In this document: positions 35,169 to 44,038 of the stretch, in pieces
How positions within the stretch are numbered: position 1 is the first letter of the stretch
Layout of the letters: each line of letters begins with the position of its first letter
Assembly (NCBI GenBank): GCA_041641305.1
Contig: JBEPYN010000001.1
Coordinates: forward strand, 262,498 to 326,497
Direction of reading: 5' to 3'
Length of the DNA: 64,000 bases
Source: Nitrososphaerota archaeon
Lineage (GTDB): Archaea; Thermoproteota; Nitrososphaeria_A; Caldarchaeales; Caldarchaeaceae
Translations under genes and position numbers: made by a program
The notes under the pieces: model-generated
The model's database searches: none
Told to the model about the DNA's origin: nothing
The model's input: the letters and a program-made list of their open reading frames with translations, nothing else

Positions 35169-36866
35169 TCACCCGTACCTGAACTTAACCCCGTGCCCAT
35201 GCCACTCATGGCCAAACCTCACGACCTCAGACGGCCCTATGACCCCGCATGTTCCACACGCCACGCACGCCACATGGTCAAACTTCAACAACCCATTCCT
35301 GATGTCGTTCCAGGTCATTTCAAGGGCCTTTTTCTCGGCCTCGTTTATGTTTAGTCCCTGTTTCATTAGGTTCTCAAGGTTTAGACGATAAAGGTCTCTG
35401 AAGCTGGAGAACACCCCTTTCTCGGTTACGAGGGTGTAGCAGCTCACCGGACAGAGCGGTATCCATGCCTTGTATGGGTCGCGGGATGCAGCATCCTCAT
35501 CTACCGCTATGTGACTCCTGACCTTATCCTCGTGATACTCGAGTTTACCAATATATTGCTGAATTTTCTGAACCATGTCCCGCTGCACATCCCTCATGTT
35601 GATGACGCGGCCCACCGAAGATTTCCCGAAACCCAAACTGAACCCGATAGATGGGAGAACAGAATAGGCGAAACGACCCTCTGTTAGCCTACTGTTTGAC
35701 CGCGATTTCTCCACTCTCCTGTATAACGGCTCTAGGAGAATGCGGTAAACAGAGAGGGAGGCGTCGCTGAAGTCGTTTCGTTTCTTGGCTTCGATGAAGG
35801 TTTTAGCGGCAGCTATTCCCGAGGCTACGGCTGGTCTCATCCCGTCGATCAAGGCACCCATTTTGTAGAAGACGCCGAGGGAGTCTCCGGCCATCAGGAA
35901 ACCCGGTGCATAGGGTTTCTGCGGCAGGATTTTGTAGCCACGCGGTATGTTGTGGGCCGAGTACTCGACGAGGGTTGCACCCTCGAGCAAGGGGCCGAGA
36001 AACGGATGCTCCTCCATCTCCTCTAAGAGGTCGAGCGGCTTACCAACTTCCGTGAAGTCTTTCGTGAACTTTTCTATGCCCGATGAGAGGTCTATGACTA
36101 TGCCGACCGATACGGTGTCACGGTTTGGGTACACGAACCCGCCTCCCACAACGCCGTGCATAAAAGGCCCGATAAGGTAAACAGATTTGTAGCCATCTCC
36201 CGTGGAGAAAAATTCCTCTATCCGTTCTGGGTTGACTTTGAAGATGTGCTTAACGCCGTGGTAGACCTGGTCTGGTGTGAGCTTGGACCTTATGCCAGCC
36301 TTTTCGGGAAGTAGGCTGGTGACCCCTCCGCAGTCTATAACCAAGTCCGCGTAAACCTCTTCGTCAACAGTCTTCACACCCACAACTCTCCCATCTCTCC
36401 AAACAAGCTCTTCAACAGTTTTACGGCTGGTAAGCATAGCTCCCTCCTCGGTCGCGACACCGGCAAGCCAACGGTCAAACCGAGCCCTCAAAACAGAATA
36501 ATCATGTCCGGTGGAGGCGTCGAGCATGGTGAAACCCAGCTTGGTAAAGAGAGATGATTTGTCGAGCTTGATGTATCGGTAACTCGCCTCACCGTCTTGC
36601 TTACGCGGCGAGCTCAACATGTACAACTCATGGCCAACGATTTTCCGCTCTAATGGTGCGTGTTCCTCAAACTCCGGCACCAAGTCAACTAGCCCGAGCC
36701 CGTTCTCAAATGCTCCGAATAATACGCCGCCGGAAACATTTCTCTGCCCCGGGAGCTGCGCCTTCTCCAACACGAGAACATCAAAACCTTCCCGGGCGAG
36801 TTTAATCGCCGCCGCACTTCCCGCGGGCCCCGCCCCAACAACAACGACGTCAAACTTTTCAACCAT
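35169..36866 (-). CDS. electron-transfer flavoprotein:quinone oxidoreductase-like FAD protein fused to a ferredoxin-like domain (FixC-FixX type)
   Basis: N-terminal 'FDVVVVGAGPAGSAAAIKLA' FAD fold. The C-terminal tail 'CVACGTCGVIGP' and upstream Cys residues form a FixX-like 4Fe-4S ferredoxin domain. 565 aa. Confidence 0.8.
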   Translation of the reverse strand: MVEKFDVVVVGAGPAGSAAAIKLAREGFDVLVLEKAQLPGQRNVSGGVLFGAFENGLGLVDLVPEFEEHAPLERKIVGHELYMLSSPRKQDGEASYRYIKLDKSSLFTKLGFTMLDASTGHDYSVLRARFDRWLAGVATEEGAMLTSRKTVEELVWRDGRVVGVKTVDEEVYADLVIDCGGVTSLLPEKAGIRSKLTPDQVYHGVKHIFKVNPERIEEFFSTGDGYKSVYLIGPFMHGVVGGGFVYPNRDTVSVGIVIDLSSGIEKFTKDFTEVGKPLDLLEEMEEHPFLGPLLEGATLVEYSAHNIPRGYKILPQKPYAPGFLMAGDSLGVFYKMGALIDGMRPAVASGIAAAKTFIEAKKRNDFSDASLSVYRILLEPLYRRVEKSRSNSRLTEGRFAYSVLPSIGFSLGFGKSSVGRVINMRDVQRDMVQKIQQYIGKLEYHEDKVRSHIAVDEDAASRDPYKAWIPLCPVSCYTLVTEKGVFSSFRDLYRLNLENLMKQGLNINEAEKKALEMTWNDIRNGLLKFDHVACVACGTCGVIGPSEVVRFGHEWHGHGVKFRYG

Positions 36867-37953
36867 TGTATCCGCCCTCTATCAACTCGATTAAACGCGG
36901 CACGATTTGGTAAAGGTCTCCCTTGACACCGTAGTGCGCGATCTCGAATATGGGGGCTTTGGGGTCGGTGTTTACGGCGACTATTTTCTTGGATTTTATC
37001 ATGCCGACCCTATGCTGCACCGAGCCGCTTATCCCGAGAGCAACGTAGACGTCAGGCGATACTGTTTTACCCGTCTGCCCCACTTGTCTCTCAGATGTTA
37101 TCAATCCCTCCAGCTCCTTCAGTTCAGCGTGTATCAACGCACGGGTCGCGCCCAGCTCGGCTTTGACGCCGAGGCGTGTTTTGATGACTTCCACAAGTTT
37201 CTTGGCCAGTTCATAGCCCTCCCTCGGGTTGCGTGGGTTGCCCTTGCCGTCCTTGAGAATGCCCAAACCTATGCTAACAACTACCTTGGCCTCCTCGAGC
37301 TCGACAGGGCTCTTCGGCACCTCCCTTTCCTCCAAAACCTGAACAAGAAAATCGTCGGGGTTCGGCTCGGGCCTCAGCCTAACCTTTTCACCGGCCCTGC
37401 TCCTGTCCTCGGGAAGGGGGTCGAAGTTCCCGGGCCTAATGCTCGCTATCTGAGGCCTGTGACGAGGTGTGTAGATTTTCGCCACACGTGTCGCGAAGTC
37501 AGGCCTTATCTGGGCCAAAACGTTTTTGAAAGTTGTGTTGAGCGGCCCGAAGTAGTAGTCTTCGACGGCGAGGTTGATGTTGTCGGTGGCCAATCCTGTG
37601 TTGAGCCTGTAGGCGACACGTGGAGAAAGGTCTCGCCCAAGCTCGTCTGCGACAAAAAGCAGCGCATAGGGCTTGTATCTCTCCACCATCTCGCAGACTA
37701 TGCGAGTATATGGTAGACACTGGTAGCTCCGTAGCCAAGGCTCATCTGCATAGTAGACCACGTCAGCGCCCCTTGCAATTGCTTCGTCCACTGCATTCTC
37801 CACATCATATCCTATGATAACGGCTCCAACCCTCTGCTCAATTTTGTCAGCTACTTTCCGAGTCGCGGCGATAATCTCAAGGCTCGGCCTCGTCAGCCTT
37901 CCTTTATCCAAGGCGCAGTAAGCCCACACATCCCTATACTGCTCGAGCGACAA
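36859..37953 (-). CDS. electron transfer flavoprotein alpha subunit (EtfA/FixB)
   Basis: C-terminal FAD-binding motif 'ALGISGSVQHRVGM...IVAVNTDPKAPIFEIAHYGVKGDLYQIVPRL'. 8-nt overlap with fixCX. Confidence 0.85.
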   Translation of the reverse strand: MSLEQYRDVWAYCALDKGRLTRPSLEIIAATRKVADKIEQRVGAVIIGYDVENAVDEAIARGADVVYYADEPWLRSYQCLPYTRIVCEMVERYKPYALLFVADELGRDLSPRVAYRLNTGLATDNINLAVEDYYFGPLNTTFKNVLAQIRPDFATRVAKIYTPRHRPQIASIRPGNFDPLPEDRSRAGEKVRLRPEPNPDDFLVQVLEEREVPKSPVELEEAKVVVSIGLGILKDGKGNPRNPREGYELAKKLVEVIKTRLGVKAELGATRALIHAELKELEGLITSERQVGQTGKTVSPDVYVALGISGSVQHRVGMIKSKKIVAVNTDPKAPIFEIAHYGVKGDLYQIVPRLIELIEGGYNG

Positions 37954-39181
37954 CCTTCACACCTCCGAAAACCTCCTCAACCAAGTCTTCTAGAGTAAAT
38001 ACGTCAACAGCTTTTTGCGCCGCCAGTGAGTCGATAAGCTCCTTGGGAAGGTTGTTTACAGGGTCTCCTTTCTTGAATGGCCCATATGTTTTCCCGTTCC
38101 ATTCAAGCTTCTCAACATCTTTCTTGAAGACAAGGGTCTCGCCGACAAACTTCTGGGTTGGAGGCTTTCCTATCTCATAGCCTGGGCCAACTATCGTGGG
38201 AGAGCCCATCAGCCCCAGCTTGGTTGGGTCGGCGTTTATGTAATCGGCGTTCCAGACAAGTGGATTCTCAAGCTTATGCGGATAGCTGTGCGCCCGTGCT
38301 TTTTTCTGGCTGGTGGCCGGGGGCGTTCTCGGCTCATAGTGGTGGTCTATCGTAAGAAGACATGGAAGAACCGTCCTCATCTTCTGTATTATGTTTCCGA
38401 TTTTCCTCTCAGCAATAACATGGTCAAGCTCCGGCGAAATCTCGAAATCACGTGTGAAGGCTATGCTGGGAATGGTTACGCCGAGCATCTGGCTCAACGC
38501 TTCAGCCGTCTGCGGCCCAACATTTCCCGTCTCGCCGTCGCTGGTCTTCATACCGGTCAAAATAATGAATTTTGACAAACGTTCCCGGTATTTCTCCAAC
38601 TCCGCCGACACATCCTCTCTACTTATTTCACCTCTTGCATAACGGGAGAAAACAGAGTCCTTCACAGATGGTAATTTGCTGTAGATGTGGTGTGGGAGAA
38701 AGTTCTGTTCATACAGCTCTTCTGCAAGCTTGAGAGCCTCATCCACCGAGGACTTCTCAACAACATCCTTGAGCCTGTCAACAGCATCGAAATGGTTCTG
38801 GAGATATCGCTTGATCCCGCAGGCCAATGTGTAGGAAGTGGCCCATGTATCCGCCCCAGCCATGCGTCTGTCACTTAGGATAATTCTTTCATCAAAGCCT
38901 TCGAAAGATATCCTTGGCACATACTTGCTTTCTTCACGTGGCTCGACGAGGTCTGACATTATGGGGACGAGCTTGGGCTCGGGCCCCATCGTCATCGCCA
39001 CAATTTTTCCGCCGACAGTTTTCTTCACATAGTAAGCTGCCTCAACCGCTTTCACATCATGTGGGTTGAGGACTAGCTCCATCTCCTCACGTCGCAGAAC
39101 ACCCGACACCGTCACAACCTGCGTGGTTTTAGCCGGCACGCCCTTGACGAGACAAATAATCAACATGTCAGCCTTCCCCAC
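37934..39181 (-). CDS. electron transfer flavoprotein beta subunit (EtfB/FixA) with internal insertion and extended C-terminus
   Basis: N-terminal 130 aa are canonical EtfB ('MLIICLVKGVP...NPHDVKAVEAA...GADTWATSYTLA'), and the '...ILTGMKTSDGETGNVGPQTAE' region follows. About 75 extra residues separate these blocks and about 50 more lie at the C-terminus (415 aa in total). 20-nt overlap with etfA. Confidence 0.7.
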   Translation of the reverse strand: MGKADMLIICLVKGVPAKTTQVVTVSGVLRREEMELVLNPHDVKAVEAAYYVKKTVGGKIVAMTMGPEPKLVPIMSDLVEPREESKYVPRISFEGFDERIILSDRRMAGADTWATSYTLACGIKRYLQNHFDAVDRLKDVVEKSSVDEALKLAEELYEQNFLPHHIYSKLPSVKDSVFSRYARGEISREDVSAELEKYRERLSKFIILTGMKTSDGETGNVGPQTAEALSQMLGVTIPSIAFTRDFEISPELDHVIAERKIGNIIQKMRTVLPCLLTIDHHYEPRTPPATSQKKARAHSYPHKLENPLVWNADYINADPTKLGLMGSPTIVGPGYEIGKPPTQKFVGETLVFKKDVEKLEWNGKTYGPFKKGDPVNNLPKELIDSLAAQKAVDVFTLEDLVEEVFGGVKVVARAV

Positions 39182-39197
39182 TATTTTCAGGCGTTTA

Positions 39198-40541
39198 CTA
39201 TTTAACTTGTTTTTCTTTCAACACAACTGCAGTGTAGCGGTCGAAGTGGATTTCGGATTCGCCGAACTGATTTCTCTTTATCAGAGGAAAAACCAGAGTT
39301 AGCGACTCTCCCTCGGTTAATTCTCTGACTTTCTCAGACACAGGGCCCCATGCGACTCCGCTGTATATTTTGTTCTGAACCTTGAGCCAGAAACGTATAA
39401 GCTGCCTCACGCCAAAACGTGTCTCAATCATGGAAAGCTGTGTCTTTCTCAGAAGCTCTGCCTGTAGACAGACGTCGACGAGTCTTCCGTCAAATGATTC
39501 CAACTCGCCCCCAAACAAAGGCAACTCTCCAACCTCAATCGACGCATCTACATCCTCGAACCGCTCCCAGTAGATATGCGGCACGCCGTTTATATCGAGA
39601 ACGAAAAAATTTCTGCACAAGATATCTTGAGACGCTGTCTCAAGCTGGGGGGCTCTGTAAAATTTTTTCCCATTCCATACAACTGGGACCTCGTCGAAAC
39701 ATCGTGCCACAGGTCGGGCCTCTGTTGTCCCTGCTTTTTCAAGAATGCGGTTAACAAGAGAGGCGTCTTCTCCGACATACTCTATACATGTGTCATATAA
39801 TGTGAAAAACTCGTTTCCGCGACGCTGCAGGTTGGCGGCGACAAATTTTTTCGCTCGAGAGCCGGCGAAGTATGAGGCGTTCTCTCTATATGCGTGAAGT
39901 ATGTAGATGTCCTGTCCATCGGTTACAATCACGTCATTCAAGATGATGCCGTCGCCTGTTTTCCGTGGGCCTGTGTCAAAGACAACAACACCCCAGAAAT
40001 CAGAGCTCTCTTCCCCGGAGCCCTCTCCCAACGGCTTAACAAGATTTTCCAGAGGAGGCATATTTGGCGCATCTTTTTTGATAACTGTGTTGGGTGAGAG
40101 GCGGATTGTTATCTTGTTGTTTCTCCGAACCACCGTGCAGCCGTGAGCAGCTAATACATCACCTACACGTATCTCCCGCAGAACATCTGTATCATCTCCC
40201 AAAACCTCCACAGACGCGGTGCCATCCGAGAGCTTAAGTACTGTGTACGCTCTCCCATCCTGTGATACAGCAGTCCTTTTTCCGACAACTCTGCCAGCGA
40301 CGTTGATGTTCTGGAGACCAGGTGTAACATTCTTTAGCTGTAAATATTCTCCGAATTCCTTTCCCGATATAAGCTCCTGAGCGATCCTCATCTCCTCGAG
40401 AATTATGAGCAGAGCTCCGCGTCTCGTGAGAAAGGGCGAGCTCCGAATCTTCTCCTCAACCAGCCTGTCAAGAGCCGCTTTATCAAGCGACCTGTCCTTC
40501 TCCAAGATTGCTTTCTCTAGGTCTTCTTCGCGCATCCCCAA
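39198..40541 (-). CDS. hypothetical protein with putative N-terminal OB-fold
   Basis: 447 aa. Residues ~85-160 ('NINVAGRVVGKRTAVSQDGRAYTVLKLSDGTASVEVLGDDTDVLREIRVGDVLAAHGCTVV') resemble an OB-fold nucleic-acid-binding module; the remainder is unrecognised. Lies 16 nt upstream of etfB on the same strand. Confidence 0.4.
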   Translation of the reverse strand: MGMREEDLEKAILEKDRSLDKAALDRLVEEKIRSSPFLTRRGALLIILEEMRIAQELISGKEFGEYLQLKNVTPGLQNINVAGRVVGKRTAVSQDGRAYTVLKLSDGTASVEVLGDDTDVLREIRVGDVLAAHGCTVVRRNNKITIRLSPNTVIKKDAPNMPPLENLVKPLGEGSGEESSDFWGVVVFDTGPRKTGDGIILNDVIVTDGQDIYILHAYRENASYFAGSRAKKFVAANLQRRGNEFFTLYDTCIEYVGEDASLVNRILEKAGTTEARPVARCFDEVPVVWNGKKFYRAPQLETASQDILCRNFFVLDINGVPHIYWERFEDVDASIEVGELPLFGGELESFDGRLVDVCLQAELLRKTQLSMIETRFGVRQLIRFWLKVQNKIYSGVAWGPVSEKVRELTEGESLTLVFPLIKRNQFGESEIHFDRYTAVVLKEKQVK

Positions 40542-40664
40542 AATTGATGTTTACGATTGAATAAAAACCAGCTATGCCGTGTTTTCGGAAAATTTTTAAA
40601 TAGCGTATGAAGGTGGATTTTCCGGTGTGCGTGGAGTGACAGGAGGTGGACGTCTTCCAGAGAG

Positions 40665-41480
40665 GTGTTGGCCTTCCAGCTGGGTGCTGCGTTTAAGCCC
40701 AGCCTATTAGGCGACAACAAGCTCGATACAGCCATATTTTATGCGAAGGTATTGGCTCGCCTTGGCTACAGGTATCTCGTACTTGACTCGGAGAGAGCCG
40801 TTGATGACTTGTCTTTGAGAGATTTCGAGGAGCTTGTCTCGGTCTGTAAATTGCTGGGCTTCCCTGAACCTGTTATCACTATTCCTGTTAGACGTGGTGA
40901 TTGCTGGGAAAGGCTCGGTGCTGTGGTTGATGTTGTGAGCAGGGACGGGTTTGGCGGTGTCTGCCTTGTCGCGGGAAACTCGGCTTATCTTACTCGGGAG
41001 GAGGCTTCGCAGAAGCCCGGCAAATTGTTGCTCGAAGCCGCCGAAGTTTTTCGTAGGAAATGCCGGTTTAACCTTTTGATGGTTGGCACCGAACGTGTCG
41101 AGAAAACGGCTGCCAAAATAGCGGCAAACCATCGCGCTATACCAGTCATGCTAATGACACCCAACATCGTTGAGGAGACTAGACTTTATTCACATAATGG
41201 TTTACGGAGAGCTGTTTATGTCCCTTACTATTTTGGGGAGGAGCTTCCGAGAGATGTGGCGGAAAAGGTTCATGCCTATGTTTCGCGACGCGTCGGAGAC
41301 AAAAACGTAGATGAAACTTGGCGGCAATTTGTCTACACTGGCCCCCTCAACGAATTCACACAGCTTCTACGTGATTTGTCGGCAAACAACATCGACGTCT
41401 TCATAGGCTATCCGCTGGATAAACGCGTCAAACAGCTGACAGCCCTTTCTAAGGCCGTGACAGGCTTATCAACGGCTTAG
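40665..41480 (+). CDS. hypothetical protein, possible TIM-barrel (weak MTHFR-like 'VRRGD' segment)
   Basis: 271 aa, convergent with gcvT. Only a weak resemblance ('ITIPVRRGD') to methylenetetrahydrofolate reductase motifs; function unassigned. Confidence 0.3.
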   Translation: MLAFQLGAAFKPSLLGDNKLDTAIFYAKVLARLGYRYLVLDSERAVDDLSLRDFEELVSVCKLLGFPEPVITIPVRRGDCWERLGAVVDVVSRDGFGGVCLVAGNSAYLTREEASQKPGKLLLEAAEVFRRKCRFNLLMVGTERVEKTAAKIAANHRAIPVMLMTPNIVEETRLYSHNGLRRAVYVPYYFGEELPRDVAEKVHAYVSRRVGDKNVDETWRQFVYTGPLNEFTQLLRDLSANNIDVFIGYPLDKRVKQLTALSKAVTGLSTA

Positions 41481-42531
41481 TCCTAACAACCGCTTTCCTG
41501 CGACGGCCTCTGACATCGACAAAGACCTCGGCACCGTCAACGTGAATTGACGGCGGAAGATATGCTAGGGCTATTCCTTTGTTAATCGTCGGCGAGAGGC
41601 AACCGCTTGTCACCTTTCCTGCCTCAACATCACCAACATAAACTTTGTATCCGGGCCGCGGCACACCCGGCTCCACCATCTCAACCAACATGAGTCGTTT
41701 GACCGGGCCATTAGCCTGTTTTTTCTCCAGCGATTCTTTACCTATGAAAAACCGTTTATCCATTTTGACAGCCCAGAAGAGACCCGCCTCGATAGGGTCA
41801 TTCTTCTCGTCAAAATCCTGTCCATATAGCGGGAAGCCGGCCTCTATTCGGCAGACGTCGCGGCAGGCCAGCCCACATGGCTTGACACCCTGATCGGTGA
41901 AAAATTTCCAGACTTTCTCATAGAGTTCCTGTATCCCGCATAAAACCATCAACTCGTACCCGTCGCCACCGGTGTAGCCGCTTCGCGTAACCAATAGTCT
42001 GCAATCGCCCATGTTTCTGAACCCGCCCTCAAACCATTTAAAACCAGAAACATCCCCAACCAAATTTGAAACATATGCTGAGGACTTCGGGCCCTGCACC
42101 GCGAAGAAGGCGCTGCTCTCCGTGATGTCTTCAACTAACACCTCGCCCTCTATGTTATGCTCCAACCACTCCAGGACACGATTTCTCGTCAAGGCGTTTG
42201 AGACCATGAGATAACTGTTGTCCGCGACTTTGTAGACCGTGACATCGTCTATGATGCCTCCATCCATGTTAAGAATCAATCCATACTTCATCCGGCCTGG
42301 CTTCAGCCTCTCAACATCTATTGTCAGGATTTTTTGGAGAAGCTGAGTCGCGTCTGGGCCGGATATCTTTGTCCGGGTCATGTGGCTAATGTCGAAAATG
42401 CCAGCATCCCTTCTCACAGCCTCGTGCTCCTCGCGGAGAGAAGTGAATGTGATTATTGTCCGCCAGCCAGCGAACTCGCCCAGCTCCTTCGCATTCTTCT
42501 CATGAAGATGAAGCAGAGGTATTTTGTTCAT
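41449..42531 (-). CDS. gcvT: glycine cleavage system aminomethyltransferase (T protein)
   Basis: 360 aa with the GcvT fold pattern ('MTRTKISGPDA', 'NMDGGIIDD', 'SRSGYTGGDGYE'). Confidence 0.85.
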   Translation of the reverse strand: MNKIPLLHLHEKNAKELGEFAGWRTIITFTSLREEHEAVRRDAGIFDISHMTRTKISGPDATQLLQKILTIDVERLKPGRMKYGLILNMDGGIIDDVTVYKVADNSYLMVSNALTRNRVLEWLEHNIEGEVLVEDITESSAFFAVQGPKSSAYVSNLVGDVSGFKWFEGGFRNMGDCRLLVTRSGYTGGDGYELMVLCGIQELYEKVWKFFTDQGVKPCGLACRDVCRIEAGFPLYGQDFDEKNDPIEAGLFWAVKMDKRFFIGKESLEKKQANGPVKRLMLVEMVEPGVPRPGYKVYVGDVEAGKVTSGCLSPTINKGIALAYLPPSIHVDGAEVFVDVRGRRRKAVVRTKPLISLSRP

Positions 42532-44038
42532 TCTGTCTCCTCCGCAACATGCGCATACTGAGGGTTAAATGCATTGGGTGGGAGGCTTTGGCCTCGTTTA
42601 TTCTCCCAACGGCTGTGTTGTGTGGAGCCGATTTAACCAGCTGAGGCGAGTCATAGCATTCCTGAATCACTTTGGATAGGGCTTCGTAGAAGTTGTCGAG
42701 CGTTTCCTTGCTCTCTGTCTCTGTCGGCTCTATCATGAAAGCCTCCTCAATAATCAGCGGAAAATATATCGTCGGCGCATGGACGCCATAGTCGAGGAGG
42801 CGCTTCGCGACCTCAAGCGCTCCGAGTCCAGTCTCTTTTCTGAGCTTGGCGAGGCTGACGACGAACTCGTGTTTTCTTGGACGTGTCGGGTCGTAGGGGA
42901 GTGTGACGCCTCGCAGCCTCCTCACCTTGCTTAGCAGATAGTTTGAAGACGAGACCGCGTAGAGTGCGGATCGTCTCAGACCTTCACCGCCAAGCGCAAG
43001 GATGTAAGCATATGCTCGTAGAAGAACAGCGAAGTTTCCTGTAAAGAGCTTGACTGGGCCTATGCTAGATGGCCCACCATCGTCTAATAAGTATCGTCCG
43101 TCGCCTGTTTTGACCACTCTCGGAGGAGGCAGGTATTTTGCCAGTTTTGCGACGACTCCTACTGGCCCTGCGCCCGGGCCTCCTCCACCATGTGGTGTGG
43201 AGAAGGTTTTGTGAAGATTGAGGTGAACGATGTCGAAGCCCATGTCACCCGGCCTCGCGACACCGACTATTGCGTTGAGGTTTGCGCCGTCGTAGTATAG
43301 CAGGGAATCGTTTTGATGCATGATTCGGACGATTTCTTCGATGCCTTTCTCGAACAATCCGATTGTGTTGGGGTTTGTCAGCATTATGCCGGCGACGTCT
43401 CCGTCAACCATTTTCTCGAGCATCTCGAGGTCGACGCATCCGTCTTCACGTGTTCTCACCACCTTGACGTCGAAGCCCGCCATGGCGGCGCTTGCAGGGT
43501 TTGTCCCGTGGGCTGAGTCTGGGACGATGATTTTCGGCCTCGGCTTCCCTTCTTTCTCGCTGTGGTAGGCTCTGATGATGAGGCATCCAACCAGTTCTCC
43601 ATGCGCACCGGCCGCGGGAACCATCGAGAAAGCATCCATGCCCGTCAACTCCTTCAGCGCCTGCTCGAGGTTGTATAGAATCTCGAGACATCCCTGTACG
43701 GTTTCCACTGGCTGGAGTGGATGAATGTCGGCGACTTGGTCGGCGATTTGGTTGTTTACTACGGGGTTGTATTTCATGGTGCAGCTGCCGAGTGGGTAGA
43801 AGCCTGTGGAGATACTGTAGTTCATTTGGCTTAGGCGTGTGAAGTGTCTCACAACAGTCAGTTCTGAGAGCTCTGGCAGGGTGAGGCTATCTCTGAGGAG
43901 TTTTCCCGGAATTTTGCTGAGGCTTCTTTCTCCCGCCTCCCTAATCTCTCGAGGATTTGATGGAACCTTGAAACCTATGACACCGGGACGTGACAACTCG
44001 TAGACAAGTTTCTCATCCCAGTAAGCCTGACGGAACAT
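42500..44038 (-). CDS. gcvPB: glycine dehydrogenase (decarboxylating) subunit 2 (P protein, C-terminal half)
   Basis: Begins 'MFRQAYWDEKLVYE' and contains the PLP-lysine region. Start placed at the Met giving the canonical N-terminus, which overlaps the gcvPA stop by 1 nt. Confidence 0.9.
   Translation of the reverse strand: MFRQAYWDEKLVYELSRPGVIGFKVPSNPREIREAGERSLSKIPGKLLRDSLTLPELSELTVVRHFTRLSQMNYSISTGFYPLGSCTMKYNPVVNNQIADQVADIHPLQPVETVQGCLEILYNLEQALKELTGMDAFSMVPAAGAHGELVGCLIIRAYHSEKEGKPRPKIIVPDSAHGTNPASAAMAGFDVKVVRTREDGCVDLEMLEKMVDGDVAGIMLTNPNTIGLFEKGIEEIVRIMHQNDSLLYYDGANLNAIVGVARPGDMGFDIVHLNLHKTFSTPHGGGGPGAGPVGVVAKLAKYLPPPRVVKTGDGRYLLDDGGPSSIGPVKLFTGNFAVLLRAYAYILALGGEGLRRSALYAVSSSNYLLSKVRRLRGVTLPYDPTRPRKHEFVVSLAKLRKETGLGALEVAKRLLDYGVHAPTIYFPLIIEEAFMIEPTETESKETLDNFYEALSKVIQECYDSPQLVKSAPHNTAVGRINEAKASHPMHLTLSMRMLRRRQNEQNTSASSS

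Noticed and set aside
35107-35172. Longer rhodanese ORF starting at 35172 (MIFPNYYCRIITYKS...)
   Set aside because: The extra 22 residues are encoded by the AT-rich promoter-like island and do not resemble rhodanese N-termini. The downstream Met gives the canonical start with a TATA box at the correct spacing.
36907-37716. 269-aa plus-strand ORF antisense to etfA
   Set aside because: It lies wholly inside the well-supported etfA gene and has an Arg/Pro/Leu-rich, motif-free translation. Treated as a spurious high-GC antisense frame.
40542-40664. Possible C/D-box sRNA in the spacer upstream of the 271-aa ORF (TGATG element)
   Set aside because: Only a single imperfect C-box-like TGATGT is present, with no matching CTGA D box at appropriate spacing. 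Insufficient evidence.
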